Origin: an uncultured Nitrososphaerota archaeon
Lineage (GTDB): Archaea > Thermoproteota > Methanomethylicia > Culexarchaeales > Culexmicrobiaceae
Length of the DNA stretch: 64,000 nt
Direction: 5' to 3'
Assembly: GCA_964462875.1 (NCBI GenBank)
Contig: CAYWZQ010000001.1
Location: forward strand, 132,910-196,909
Shown here: in pieces, positions 26,246-37,342 of the stretch
How the letters are laid out: every line of letters starts with the position of its first letter
How positions within the stretch are numbered: position 1 is the stretch's first letter
Program-made: the position numbers and the translations under genes
Notes under the pieces: generated by a model
What the model saw: only the letters and a program-made list of their open reading frames with translations
What the model was told of the DNA's origin: nothing
Database searches by the model: none

Positions 26246-28202
26246 ACGGAGCCTCTATCCCCATTATATCAAGTATATTTCTTAAGGCAATTCTAACAGC
26301 ATTAACTAAATGTAACCTTGCATTCCTCAGGGATCGAGGCTCAGCTTTAAGCACTGGAATTGCATCATAAAATGAATTAAATGTTAAAGCCAATCTATAG
26401 GCATAGTCAGTTAATAGTTCAACGCGAAGCGTATCTGCAGCTTCAGCAATAACTTCCGGCAGCTTCGCCACCTGTAGAATCAAGCTCCTCTCAAGCTCAT
26501 GATTTAGAAGTTTAGTGTCATAGTCCCTCGGTAACTCTTCACCGAACTTAGCGAGAATATTGCATGCCCTTGCATGTGCATACTGAATGAAGGGTGCACT
26601 ATTCCTCTCAAAATCAAGAACTCTATCCCAAGTGAAAGTGATTTTCTTGGAGGGGGAAATTGATAGGAGGGCATATCTAACAGCACCAATACCAACAACC
26701 CTACTTATCCTATCAATAACATCGGGACTTAGATGAGGAGACCTCTTAATAACTTCCTCTCTCGCCCTCTCAATAGCCTCACTTAAAATTCTATCCAAAT
26801 CAATATATCTCCCACGCCTACTAGACATTCTAAATCCGGGCATGTGCACAAGCTCATATGCATAGTGCACCATATTTACTGCCAAATCCCTTCTCCCAAG
26901 CACAGCCAATGCAACTCTCAACTGAAGCTGAGGCAGTGATTGCTCTGCACCAATGACATGAATTACCTTATCCGCATGCTCGAACTGCCATAGAGTATAT
27001 GCAATATCCCTAGTTGTATAGAGAGTTCTACCATCAGACCTCACCAGCGTTAACTTTGGAATCTCATATTTAGGGTTCACGCCCAGCTCTGACTTCAAAT
27101 CAAGGGCCCTAGCCGCCTCATTAACCTCAAATATTAAGGCACCATTCTCATACTTGACAAATGGAGTTTTCTTTAAAGCTTCAAGAACAGCTTTAACTCT
27201 ACTACTCCATACAACTTCACTTTCCCAATCCCAGCTATCGTGATGGACATTCATTTTCTCGAGGGTATCTTTGAACCCCTCAATGCATTTCTCGCACATC
27301 TCCCTGACCACTTTAACGGCATCCTCATATCCTAATTCATATCGATAATCCAAGTCGATAATTGATTGCACTGGATTTTCATCAGAATTTATTTCAGCAA
27401 GTAGCTTATCAAATAAATCGGGATCCCTCTCCCTAAGCTCATTAGCTATGGAAATCCACTCACTAAGCTCACTATTCAACCTTGCAATTTCATCTTCAAA
27501 ACCACTATCCAGAGTCTTCAATTCCTCCAATCTCTTCTTCAACTTCCAAATTTCAACGATGCAATTCGTCATTGCATAAATTAATCCAATAAAGTGGTCG
27601 GGCTTCATATCAACCTTAAAGTCCCTAACCTTACTATAGCCATATGCGGCTATAGCCACTTGGAAGCCGACATCATCAATGTAGAAGTGCGTCTTAACCT
27701 CATGACCCCTAGCCCTGAGGAGTCTAGCCAGAGTATCACCTAGAACAGCATTTCTCGCAGCACCAATATGGAGTGGATGAATTGGATTAGCACTTGTATG
27801 CTCAACAATTATCTTCATCGGTCTATCAGCCTTAAGCTTACCATACTCCACATCTAAAAGCTCGACAGACCTAAAAACCTCAGATGCAAGCTCAGAGTAG
27901 TTTAAGTAGAAGTTAACATAGCCACCGCCAGCAACCTCAACTCTCTCAATAAACCTCCAAGACCTCTCACCTATGAGATCAACAATTTTACCTGCCAAAT
28001 CCAATGGATTAAAATCAATCTTCTTCGCTACCGAAAAACATGGAAATGCCAGCTCAGCCTTAATTGCTCTTGGAGGAGTCTCCAGCTCAACCTCGAAATC
28101 CCTCAATCCAATACTTTGAAGAGCAAACTTGACAGCATCCATGCATTCACGCCTAAACAAACCGTATGGATTTCTAGCCTGCAACACCTCTCCCTCACAC
28201 AA
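26235..28202 (-). CDS. argS: arginyl-tRNA synthetase
   Basis: HIGH-region SANPIHPLHIGAARNAVLGD. 655 aa class I aaRS with an anticodon-binding C-terminus. Confidence 0.85.
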   Translation of the reverse strand: MCEGEVLQARNPYGLFRRECMDAVKFALQSIGLRDFEVELETPPRAIKAELAFPCFSVAKKIDFNPLDLAGKIVDLIGERSWRFIERVEVAGGGYVNFYLNYSELASEVFRSVELLDVEYGKLKADRPMKIIVEHTSANPIHPLHIGAARNAVLGDTLARLLRARGHEVKTHFYIDDVGFQVAIAAYGYSKVRDFKVDMKPDHFIGLIYAMTNCIVEIWKLKKRLEELKTLDSGFEDEIARLNSELSEWISIANELRERDPDLFDKLLAEINSDENPVQSIIDLDYRYELGYEDAVKVVREMCEKCIEGFKDTLEKMNVHHDSWDWESEVVWSSRVKAVLEALKKTPFVKYENGALIFEVNEAARALDLKSELGVNPKYEIPKLTLVRSDGRTLYTTRDIAYTLWQFEHADKVIHVIGAEQSLPQLQLRVALAVLGRRDLAVNMVHYAYELVHMPGFRMSSRRGRYIDLDRILSEAIERAREEVIKRSPHLSPDVIDRISRVVGIGAVRYALLSISPSKKITFTWDRVLDFERNSAPFIQYAHARACNILAKFGEELPRDYDTKLLNHELERSLILQVAKLPEVIAEAADTLRVELLTDYAYRLALTFNSFYDAIPVLKAEPRSLRNARLHLVNAVRIALRNILDIMGIEAPSRM

Positions 28203-28348
28203 TACTCAGAACATTAAGGTGAAAAGAGCATTATATTATTAACTCAAGGGAACCGCTTAGAACAAGATTGTAGAGATTAAAGTTAATTAAAATTGGAATT
28301 CGGATCTAGAATTAAAGTGAAGATGGTAAATTAAGGGAGGCAGCCTTC

Positions 28349-28660
28349 TTGAGTCATAGGAATATTGTTAATGAAATTGCATCTAAAATGTTCATTACTG
28401 ATAGGCTGAGTCAAGATGAGCTGCGCAAACTACTCACTAAGTACTATGAGAAGCTTAAGAGCCCAGAGCTAGATCCAAATGAAACCTATACAGTTACAAT
28501 TGAAGTTTCAGAGTTTGAACTCCATGCACTTGAAGACCTAGCTCACACATACATTGAAGATGAAAATAAACACGAAATGCTTCTTCACGTCCTAAGATAT
28601 TTTTGGCAAAAACTAGTAGAGGCAGTATCACACCAGGAAAGTAGCTACTCTGAAGTTTAA
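28349..28660 (+). CDS. hypothetical protein
   Basis: 103-aa ORF. Confidence 0.3.
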   Translation: MSHRNIVNEIASKMFITDRLSQDELRKLLTKYYEKLKSPELDPNETYTVTIEVSEFELHALEDLAHTYIEDENKHEMLLHVLRYFWQKLVEAVSHQESSYSEV

Positions 28661-28988
28661 AATCAATTGAAGAGTGCTCAAATCAACCAATCACATATCA
28701 ATCAGGACTAATCAGTTATTGAGAATAAGCCTTATAGGCTATGAAGCTGAGCTCTTACAAATTAATCGCTAAGTAAGCATGATGCAATTGATCTCACTAT
28801 TCACATAAAACTTCACCAATAATTAAGAGAACTACGTAATTACCCAATTGAGGAATAAGCTATAGAAAGCACAACATTAAATCTAGTACCCTATTTCCTC
28901 AAAATTACTGTAAAAGAATGAAATTTTTAACGAAATTTAGAGAAATTGTTGAATGAGTTTTAGTGCTTGCTAATTGTTTTCTATGGTT

Positions 28989-29093
28989 TGGCGGGCCCGC
29001 GGGGACTTGAACCCCGGACCTTCGGCTCCGCAGGCCGATTCGAGGTGAAGCCATTTGGCTTCACTCGCTCTATCCATGCTGAGCTACGGGCCC
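28989..29093 (-). tRNA. tRNA-Arg (anticodon GCG) with a 27-nt intron at a non-canonical position (between nt 26 and 27)
   Basis: Reverse complement GGGCCCGUAGCUCAGCAUGGAUAGAGCG[AGUGAAGCCAAAUGGCUUCACCUCGAA]UCGGCCUGCGGAGCCGAAGGUCCGGGGUUCAAGUCCCCGCGGGCCCGCCA. Anticodon loop CUGCGGA. The intron forms a GUGAAGCC/GGCUUCAC hairpin. Confidence 0.7.
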
Positions 29094-29135
29094 ACTACTA
29101 CTTGAATAAACTTCGATATTAAGTTTAGTTGGATT

Positions 29136-30011
29136 TTAAGTAATATAGTAGCCGAGCTCTCTAGCTATCTTCTTCAATCTTTCAATTCTTTTTTCAACTG
29201 GTGGGTGGGTTGAGAATAGTTCTGAGAGAGCACCTGGCCTCAATGGATTAATTATCCATAAGTGGCTTGTTGCGGGGTTAACATTCATAGTCAGCCCCAC
29301 GTTTCTTGCTTCAGTTATCTTTTTAAGTGCACTTGCAAGCTCCAGGGGTTTTCTAGTGATTCTGGCACCAACTTCATCTGCTAGGTACTCTCTTGTTCTT
29401 GAAATTGCTGCTTGAATTATTAAGGCAGCTATTGGCGCTAATATTGCGGCTAGAAGGGCTGCAGCTGCCGATTCTCCACTTCTCCTTCTCTCACTGAAAC
29501 CACCGAAATACAGGCTCCACCTACCTATATATGCGAGATAGCTGATGGCACCGGCAATTGTTGCAGCTATGGTTGCTATCAACACATCCCTATTCTTTAT
29601 GTGGGCCACTTCATGTCCAATTACAGCCTCAATCTCCTCCTCGTCGAGCAGATTTAGAAGACCCTTAGTTACTGCAACAACGCTCTTGCCGGGTCCTCTA
29701 CCAGTAGCAAATGCATTGGGAGCAGTTGAATCTATAATAGCCACTCTAGGCTTCGGTATTCCCGCCCTATTAGCCACTCTTTCAACAATTCTGTGAATCC
29801 TTGGGCTCTCCCTTGGACTCACAATTCTAGCACCAGTCATTGCAAGCACCAGTCTATCGGAGTAGAAGTATGCTATGAAGTTGAATAGAAATGCCATCAT
29901 TAGTGCAGCCTCAATAGCCCCAATAGGATTTCCAATGTAAAGGCCAATTGCATAACCGACTAGTAGGAGTAGGGAGGTCAAGATTCCTAAGAGGACGGCA
30001 ACTTTCAACAT
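29136..30011 (-). CDS. htpX: HtpX-like M48 zinc metalloprotease
   Basis: HEVAHIKNRD (HExxH). N-terminal TM helices. 291 aa. Confidence 0.75.
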   Translation of the reverse strand: MLKVAVLLGILTSLLLLVGYAIGLYIGNPIGAIEAALMMAFLFNFIAYFYSDRLVLAMTGARIVSPRESPRIHRIVERVANRAGIPKPRVAIIDSTAPNAFATGRGPGKSVVAVTKGLLNLLDEEEIEAVIGHEVAHIKNRDVLIATIAATIAGAISYLAYIGRWSLYFGGFSERRRSGESAAAALLAAILAPIAALIIQAAISRTREYLADEVGARITRKPLELASALKKITEARNVGLTMNVNPATSHLWIINPLRPGALSELFSTHPPVEKRIERLKKIARELGYYIT

Positions 30012-30060
30012 GCCTTTTTTAGCCTCCTAGAAGGGAAAAGAAGAGAGTTGGTTTAAAAAC

Positions 30061-30762
<702 letters not shown>

Positions 30763-31863
30763 CTACTCCACCTTCCTGAATCTACCCTTCAACTTCTCCA
30801 GTACTTGAGGAAGCGTTGTGTACTCCATTTCTTCAGGTCCAAGTCTATGGGGCATGAATGGGCCGTGACGCCTCAAGTAATCCGTTACTTCTAATGCAAG
30901 CCTCCTAGACCAATCAAATGCCGGATCATCAAATAAGTCAGCCGGCCCCTCTAGATGACCGTCATTAAGCTGAAATCCCAGAGCAACAACTCTTGGTGGA
31001 CCATCAAATCTCGTGCACTTGGCATCTCTCAGGGAAACTGGCATTAGAGGTCCGTGATGAGAGCCCCTCATCCAGCCAGCAACCAAGTGTGGAAAAGCGA
31101 ATGCCTCTAAAATTTCACCAACAGCAGGCAGGCCTTTTTGCGCTCTAACAATGCATACTGGATCATCCTTACCAACATATCTACCAGCAATTAGCGATAG
31201 CCTCGTAGTGCTTGCAGCAGCTGCTGGTAGGCCGTCCTTCCTATAAACCTTCGATATCACATATCTGCTTGGAGTCCCTATTAGTGCTAGAAGATCGTAC
31301 ATTTCCTCTGGACATGAAAGCTCAACCTCTAAGCCCTTAAGCACGTCAAGCACCACGAATTTGAAGCCCTGATGGAGCCTTGGATCGATAACTAGGCCAG
31401 CAGTATTAAATGGGTCTGCAAAAACCTTGAACAATGGTAGGTTCCATGCGCCCGGCTCGGTCTTATCTGCTGCAAAAACGACTATTGGATCACTTGGCCG
31501 CTCCTCAAATTCAAGCTCAGCTACACCTGGACCCATACCCCTAATGTTTCCAGAAAAGGCTTCGGCTAGGAGATCTTGGCCAGCAGCATAGAGCTTAAGA
31601 GGCTTAGAAACCTTTTCAGTAACCTCCTTAAAGGTATCCCAGGCCAATCGATGAACCTCAGAGTTGTTTTCGCCCCTTCTATGAGTCATTAGCAACTCTA
31701 AGTCGTCGCCACAATTAAACACGTAGTAATCAATTATCAACCCATTTTCCACTGCCTCACTTAACTTCTTCTTAGCAACCTCTATCTGCTTTGGATGAAC
31801 AACATGGTGACCCGCCAAGCTCCCAACATCAGCCTTTATAATACTAACAGTAATCTTAGCCAC
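30763..31863 (-). CDS. fbp: fructose-1,6-bisphosphate aldolase/phosphatase
   Basis: MAKITVSIIKADVGSLAGHH N-terminal signature. 366 aa. Confidence 0.85.
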   Translation of the reverse strand: MAKITVSIIKADVGSLAGHHVVHPKQIEVAKKKLSEAVENGLIIDYYVFNCGDDLELLMTHRRGENNSEVHRLAWDTFKEVTEKVSKPLKLYAAGQDLLAEAFSGNIRGMGPGVAELEFEERPSDPIVVFAADKTEPGAWNLPLFKVFADPFNTAGLVIDPRLHQGFKFVVLDVLKGLEVELSCPEEMYDLLALIGTPSRYVISKVYRKDGLPAAAASTTRLSLIAGRYVGKDDPVCIVRAQKGLPAVGEILEAFAFPHLVAGWMRGSHHGPLMPVSLRDAKCTRFDGPPRVVALGFQLNDGHLEGPADLFDDPAFDWSRRLALEVTDYLRRHGPFMPHRLGPEEMEYTTLPQVLEKLKGRFRKVE

Positions 31864-31943
31864 ACAACTTCACCCCATTCACAAAGCATTATTTAGAGAC
31901 TGGTATTAAGTTGGGCTTACTAGCAAATATCATTTATTGTGCG

Positions 31944-33746
31944 CTACTTCTTTTCTGGAGCATAATAGTAGTATTCGCCAATGGACTTCTGCAATCTATC
32001 AAGCCAAGAATTAGGCTTATTTACCCTCGGCCTTCCAGTTTGGGGATCCCTCCTAAACGTTACGCCAACATCCTTCAAGAACATGTTCATTCCCCTCCTC
32101 AAGCTTAAAGGCTTAGAGGCATACCCCTCAATGCCGGGCTCTCCAAGAAAAACCATTAAGCTATCAGCTATCAAGCTCTGAGCAATTAAATCGTGCTCAA
32201 CAACAAAGGCAGCTGCAGCCTTGCTCTCAACAATCCTCTTTATAGTTCTAGAAACAGCAATTCTCTGCTCGACATCAAGATAGGCGCAGGGTTCATCAAT
32301 TAAATAAATATCTGCATCCATTGAGAGGCAAGCAGCTATGGCTACTCTCTGAAGCTCACCGCCACTAAGCTCATTAACGTTCCTGTCAAGCAGATCAGCC
32401 AAATCCAGTTGATTCAGTATCTCGGTCTTAAACCATGATGAGCCATAATTACTCCCCGAAGCCCTCTTCAATAAATCTTCAACCGTACCCCTATAGCTTG
32501 GAGTCAAGTATTGGGGCTTATAGCTCACCCTTAAACCAGTACAAGGAGGAAATCCCTCATCAGGCTCAAGTATTCCAGCTAAAAGCTTTACGAAAGTTGT
32601 TTTACCAATCCCATTAGGCCCCAAAATACCCACAACTTCACCAACATGTATTTCACCGGGCTCAACTACCAGCTCAAAATCACCAAGCCTCTTAACCAAC
32701 CTACCCCACTTCAACAATATGCTCTCAGGCTTCCACTCAATTTGACTTGGAGCAACATCAAATTTAACGGGCTCCCTTCTGAAAAGAACGTTTTCATCAG
32801 GAATATAGCCATCCAAATATATGTTTATCCCAACCCTAACGCCATGCACTTTGGAAACTATGCCATAAACCCCCGGCTTCCCATAGAAAATGCATACTTG
32901 ATCTGAAATATAATCCAAAACAGCTAAGTCATGCTCAACAACAATAACATAGCAATCCTTTCTAGCCAAAGACCTAATAACCCTCGCAACACGCATTCTC
33001 TGATATACATCCAAGTAGCTTGAGGGCTCGTCGAATAGGTAGACATCAGCATTTCTAGCAGCAACAGCAGCTATGGCTACTCTCTGAAGCTCACCGCCAC
33101 TAAGCACTCTTATATCCCTACTCCATATGGAGTCAAGTTCAAGCAAATCCCTAAGCTCATCAATTACACCCCTCTCATCAACCTTCTTCAGCAGGGAACC
33201 GACCTCACCCTTAACAACCTTAGGTATTCGATCAACATACTGCGGTTTATGGAAAATCCTCAACTTACCCTCAGAAAGCTTCTGGAAATATGGTTGAAGC
33301 TCCGAACCCCTAAAGTAGCGTATTATTTCACTCCAGCTCGGCGGATCATCCCATCTCCCCAAGTTAGGCCTTATTTCGCCAGCCAATATCTTGAGGGCAG
33401 TTGTCTTACCAACAGCATTTGGACCAATTAATCCAAGAACCAAGCCCAGCTTCGGAATTGGCAGCCTATAGAGCTTAAATGCATTCGGCCCATACCTATG
33501 AGAGCACTCCTCCTCCAATTCATCTGGCAAATTAACTATCCTAATAGCCTTAAACGGACACTTCTTAACACAAATACCGCAGCCAGAACACAAAAGCTCA
33601 GCTATGACTGGCTTCCCAGTAACCTCATTAAACTCTATAGTCTTATCTCCACTTCTAACTCTAGGACAAAATCTATAGCACTCCTTATTGCAGTCCTTAG
33701 GCTTACAGCGATCCAGGTCGAGTACAGCTATTCTAACCAAGACCAA
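31944..33746 (-). CDS. ABCE1 / RNase L inhibitor-like ribosome recycling ATPase
   Basis: N-terminal Fe-S Cys clusters (CxxCxxC...CP), two ABC domains with Walker A/B and LSGGELQR. Confidence 0.9.
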   Translation of the reverse strand: MVLVRIAVLDLDRCKPKDCNKECYRFCPRVRSGDKTIEFNEVTGKPVIAELLCSGCGICVKKCPFKAIRIVNLPDELEEECSHRYGPNAFKLYRLPIPKLGLVLGLIGPNAVGKTTALKILAGEIRPNLGRWDDPPSWSEIIRYFRGSELQPYFQKLSEGKLRIFHKPQYVDRIPKVVKGEVGSLLKKVDERGVIDELRDLLELDSIWSRDIRVLSGGELQRVAIAAVAARNADVYLFDEPSSYLDVYQRMRVARVIRSLARKDCYVIVVEHDLAVLDYISDQVCIFYGKPGVYGIVSKVHGVRVGINIYLDGYIPDENVLFRREPVKFDVAPSQIEWKPESILLKWGRLVKRLGDFELVVEPGEIHVGEVVGILGPNGIGKTTFVKLLAGILEPDEGFPPCTGLRVSYKPQYLTPSYRGTVEDLLKRASGSNYGSSWFKTEILNQLDLADLLDRNVNELSGGELQRVAIAACLSMDADIYLIDEPCAYLDVEQRIAVSRTIKRIVESKAAAAFVVEHDLIAQSLIADSLMVFLGEPGIEGYASKPLSLRRGMNMFLKDVGVTFRRDPQTGRPRVNKPNSWLDRLQKSIGEYYYYAPEKK

Positions 33747-33899
33747 TCCTCCGCAAAGAATATCTTCCCGCTCAAACTATACTTCACGGGAGATGATGTA
33801 AAGGCGACGGCGAGTACATGCAGGATGACTGATGCTGTGGAAGCTGATCCCACCATCCAATAAGCTAAAGTTAACACAAAAATTTGAGAAGTTAAGAGA

Positions 33900-34181
33900 T
33901 TATGACTCACTTTCACTTTCCGACTCAGCATACGTCTCCAAGAATACCTTGTAATAATCCTCCATCAATTCCTGCTCTTCCTTAGTCCTCTTAATTGCCT
34001 TCATCTCCTCCTCACTAACAATAGTGATCTTCCTACGCTTATTCTCCTCAACGGAGTATGTCATCTTATATGAGGCTGTCGAGGTCAACTTCTTCACAGT
34101 ACCACAGCTCTTACAAACTAGAACCACTTCCCCTTCACGCCTTTCAGGTACAAGCATTCTACCGCACTTTTCACAGAACTC
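33900..34181 (-). CDS. TFS/RpoM N-terminal-like zinc-ribbon protein lacking the C-terminal TFIIS ribbon
   Basis: (M)EFCEKCGRMLVPERREGEVVLVCKSCG resembles the TFS N-terminus. Acidic C-terminus ESESESES. TTG start preferred over the track ATG at 34214. Confidence 0.4.
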   Translation of the reverse strand, partial: EFCEKCGRMLVPERREGEVVLVCKSCGTVKKLTSTASYKMTYSVEENKRRKITIVSEEEMKAIKRTKEEQELMEDYYKVFLETYAESESESES

Positions 34182-34314
34182 CAAGATTTTTCCTCCACTA
34201 ATACACAACATCACAGGGGCTTCTGCCTTAGAGTCTCAACCAGCAATCAATATTTAAACTTAGCGTTAATGAAGATGGCGGGAACCTTTTAGTAATAGCT
34301 AGACAATTATTGAT

Positions 34315-35403
34315 TTGGGTAAAATAATGCCGGGCATACCGCTGGTATTTCCATTCTCCGCAATAGTAGATCAGGAGAGAATGAAGCTTGCACTAATACT
34401 CAACGCAATAAACCCTAGAATTGGGGGAGTACTAATTAGAGGAGCAAAGGGAACTGGCAAAAGCTCGGCTGTTAGGGCACTAGCAGACTTGCTACCAGAA
34501 ATTGAAGTTGTGAAGGGATGCCCATTCAACTGCAATCCAAGAGATCCAACAAACATGTGTGAAGTATGTAGAGCGAAGTATGAGGCTGGAGAAGAACTAC
34601 CGATCGAAAAAAGAAAAATGAGGATAGTAACACTACCAATTGGCGCAACTGAAGATAGGGTTGTCGGCACACTGGACATAACTAGGGCAATAAAGGAAGG
34701 CGTAAAAGCACTTGAACCCGGATTACTAGCCGAAGCAAACCAAAACATATTATATGTCGATGAAATAAACTTGCTCCCAGACCACATAGTAGATGACATA
34801 CTTGATGCAGCGGCTTCAGGATGGAACGTAGTTGAGAGGGAAGGCATATCGGTAGCGCATCCAGCAAGATTCATACTCATTGGAACCATGAACCCAGAGG
34901 AAGGGGAACTAAGACCACAGCTCCTAGATAGAATGGCACTGCATGTCCAAGTAGACACAATATATGATAAGAAGCTGAGAATAGAAATCATGAAAAGAAA
35001 TCTGGAGTTTGAGGAAGACCCAATTGGATTCAGAGCCAAATACGCGAAGGATCAGGAAGCCTTGAGAAACAGGATAATTAGGGCAAGGCAAATACTACCC
35101 AAAGTTAAAATTCCATCAGAACTACTAGAAGTAATTGCGCGAATGTGCATCATACTCCACGTTGACGGACATAGACCGGACATAGTAATGCTGAAAACAG
35201 CTAAGGCACTAGCAGCATTTGAGGGAAGAACTGAAGTAAAGCCAGAGGACATATTGACATGCGCACACTTAACGCTAAGCCATAGAACTAGGAGGGGAGG
35301 ATTAGAAGAACCAGCAACTCCAAATCAAATTGAGGAGGCATTTAAAGAAGCACTTGAAGAAGCATTGGGTATTAAACCACAAATTTCAGCTCCTCCGACG
35401 TAA
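34315..35403 (+). CDS. ChlI/BchI-like AAA+ ATPase (Mg-chelatase subunit I family)
   Basis: [34 protein letters not shown]. Cys-rich insert CPFNCNP...CEVC. Confidence 0.65.
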   Translation: MGKIMPGIPLVFPFSAIVDQERMKLALILNAINPRIGGVLIRGAKGTGKSSAVRALADLLPEIEVVKGCPFNCNPRDPTNMCEVCRAKYEAGEELPIEKRKMRIVTLPIGATEDRVVGTLDITRAIKEGVKALEPGLLAEANQNILYVDEINLLPDHIVDDILDAAASGWNVVEREGISVAHPARFILIGTMNPEEGELRPQLLDRMALHVQVDTIYDKKLRIEIMKRNLEFEEDPIGFRAKYAKDQEALRNRIIRARQILPKVKIPSELLEVIARMCIILHVDGHRPDIVMLKTAKALAAFEGRTEVKPEDILTCAHLTLSHRTRRGGLEEPATPNQIEEAFKEALEEALGIKPQISAPPT

Positions 35404-36109
35404 CTTCAACTATTCTCCTAGGCTCTATTCTCTCGATAATACCATCCCTAATCCAGGCAATTCTATCACTAACATCCAGCATCTTCAAGTCGTGAGTAGC
35501 ACATAAAACTGTAACACCTCTCTCCAAGCACACGCTCTTCAATAGAGAAACTATTTTCAAACCAGTTTCCAAGTCGAGATTCCCAGTAGGCTCATCAGCC
35601 AACACTATTGAAGGATTATTTGCAAGAGCCCTAGCAATAGCAACCCTCTGCTGCTCACCGCCACTAAGCTGATCAGGCTTATGGTGAAGCCTATCACCCA
35701 ATCCAACACGCTCAAGCAAGGCTTTAGCCCTCTCAATTCGCTTTTCACGCGGAATATTTGCAAATAGCATGGGAAGCATCACATTATCGAGGGCATCTAG
35801 AAAGTCCACCAAATTAAATGTTTGAAGAATATAACCGACCTTAAAGCACCTAAACTCAGCTAATTCGGTGGGGGACATTTCACCCAAATTCCTACCATCA
35901 ACGTAAACTGCCCCCTTGGTTGGCCTATCAAGGCCGCCAATAATATTAAACAGAGTAGTCTTTCCACTCCCGCTTGGACCCATAATTGATAAATACTCGC
36001 CTCTCATCACCCTCAAATTGACCCCTTTAAGTGCATGAACAACCCAGTTCTTCATATAGTAGTATTTGTGTAGATCGACGACTTCAACCACGCAATCTGA
36101 ACTCGACAT
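35372..36109 (-). CDS. ABC transporter ATP-binding protein (orphan; LolD/MacB-like)
   Basis: [35 protein letters not shown]. Confidence 0.7.
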   Translation of the reverse strand: MSSSDCVVEVVDLHKYYYMKNWVVHALKGVNLRVMRGEYLSIMGPSGSGKTTLFNIIGGLDRPTKGAVYVDGRNLGEMSPTELAEFRCFKVGYILQTFNLVDFLDALDNVMLPMLFANIPREKRIERAKALLERVGLGDRLHHKPDQLSGGEQQRVAIARALANNPSIVLADEPTGNLDLETGLKIVSLLKSVCLERGVTVLCATHDLKMLDVSDRIAWIRDGIIERIEPRRIVEVTSEELKFVV

Positions 36110-36181
36110 ACTAATTTCAGTGATGGATAGTTAAAATATAAGTGTGACGTAAGAGCATAGCTTAATTGTGGTGCTAGAGCC

Positions 36182-36727
36182 TTGAAAGAATTTAACTTAC
36201 TAGTGGCAACTCAAAGAGGGAGAGAAGACGACTGCATGTCCGAGCTATGGTACCTCTTAAGGGAAATCGGGGATGAAAAAGCACTCTATGATAGGTCGGG
36301 TATACCCGGACTAGTAATAGTCAAGTCATCATTAAACCCCTTTGAGGTAATTAGAAGGCTCAGGGAATTAGCTGAAGAAAGGCCCTGGGAATTCAGATAT
36401 GTACTCAAGATCACGCCAATCGAAATTGTAGTTCCAACAGACTTGGAGAAAATAAAGGAGGCTGTCGCAGAGCTAGCAAGCAAAATATCTGAAAATGAGA
36501 CATTCAGAATTACCGTAAATAAGAGAGCCACAACCCTCAGTACTCGCGAAATAATTGAGACAGCGGCATCCGTTATAAATAGGAAAGTTGACTTGAAAAA
36601 TCCGGATAAAATAGTTCAAATTGAAGTATTGGGTGGAACAACTGGAATATCCATAATAAGGCAGGGCGACATACTCTCAATAGCGAAAATAAGAGAGCAA
36701 TTTCTAAGGAGAATGAGGGGCAGATAA
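36182..36727 (+). CDS. THUMP domain protein
   Basis: 181 aa with a ferredoxin-like plus THUMP fold pattern (FRITVNKRATTLSTREI). Confidence 0.45.
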   Translation: MKEFNLLVATQRGREDDCMSELWYLLREIGDEKALYDRSGIPGLVIVKSSLNPFEVIRRLRELAEERPWEFRYVLKITPIEIVVPTDLEKIKEAVAELASKISENETFRITVNKRATTLSTREIIETAASVINRKVDLKNPDKIVQIEVLGGTTGISIIRQGDILSIAKIREQFLRRMRGR

Positions 36728-36737
36728 TAGTTTAAGG

Positions 36738-37340
36738 CTACTTATAAATGTCCAGAAGAGCACCGCGCTCAATAACTAAGCGCTCAATGGCATCCCTCAA
36801 GCTCAAATCACGTCTCATGACAGCAGAGATCTCAATATCCGAAATTCCATAAGCCATTTTAATTAAATTCACCTTCTCATCATTCAATTCTAGAATGAGT
36901 CTATCCAATCTATACTTACCCAGTAACTTCACTAAACTCTTAATAGCATTCTCAGCATGCTCCCTAGAATCGCCAATTGATATGAGGAGCACCCTATCTA
37001 GGTTCCCCCTTACCCCAACAATTTTAATTGCATCCCTTATCTGCCTTTTACCAGACAAATAAAGCAGAAGCTCTATTCCAATCTTATTACATATATTTTG
37101 ACCGGTATGAAAAGCTCTCAACGCCTTTAAAGCTGCTGATAGAACATGCCTCACCGACACTATGTAGTTTGGATTAACAGCTTGAACTACAACGTTTAAT
37201 TGCTTCTCCACTCTCTCCATGGCATTGAAAAGCTCATCAACATTCAACCCAGCATCAACTATTAAGTCAGCTAGGCAAACATACTTGACTCCAAATACTC
37301 CAGACAGCTTTTCAATAATTAAATTAGAGTTCTCAGACAA
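36738..37340 (-). CDS. probable KEOPS subunit Cgi121
   Basis: ELLLYLSGKRQIRDAIKIVG resembles the Cgi121 signature. 200 aa. Confidence 0.45.
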   Translation of the reverse strand: MSENSNLIIEKLSGVFGVKYVCLADLIVDAGLNVDELFNAMERVEKQLNVVVQAVNPNYIVSVRHVLSAALKALRAFHTGQNICNKIGIELLLYLSGKRQIRDAIKIVGVRGNLDRVLLISIGDSREHAENAIKSLVKLLGKYRLDRLILELNDEKVNLIKMAYGISDIEISAVMRRDLSLRDAIERLVIERGALLDIYK

Positions 37341-37342
37341 GA

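Noticed and set aside
34371-35039. 222-aa Ser-rich ORF antisense to the ChlI-like ATPase gene
   Set aside because: It is antisense to a gene with clear Walker motifs, and its Ser/low-complexity composition is typical of spurious antisense frames.
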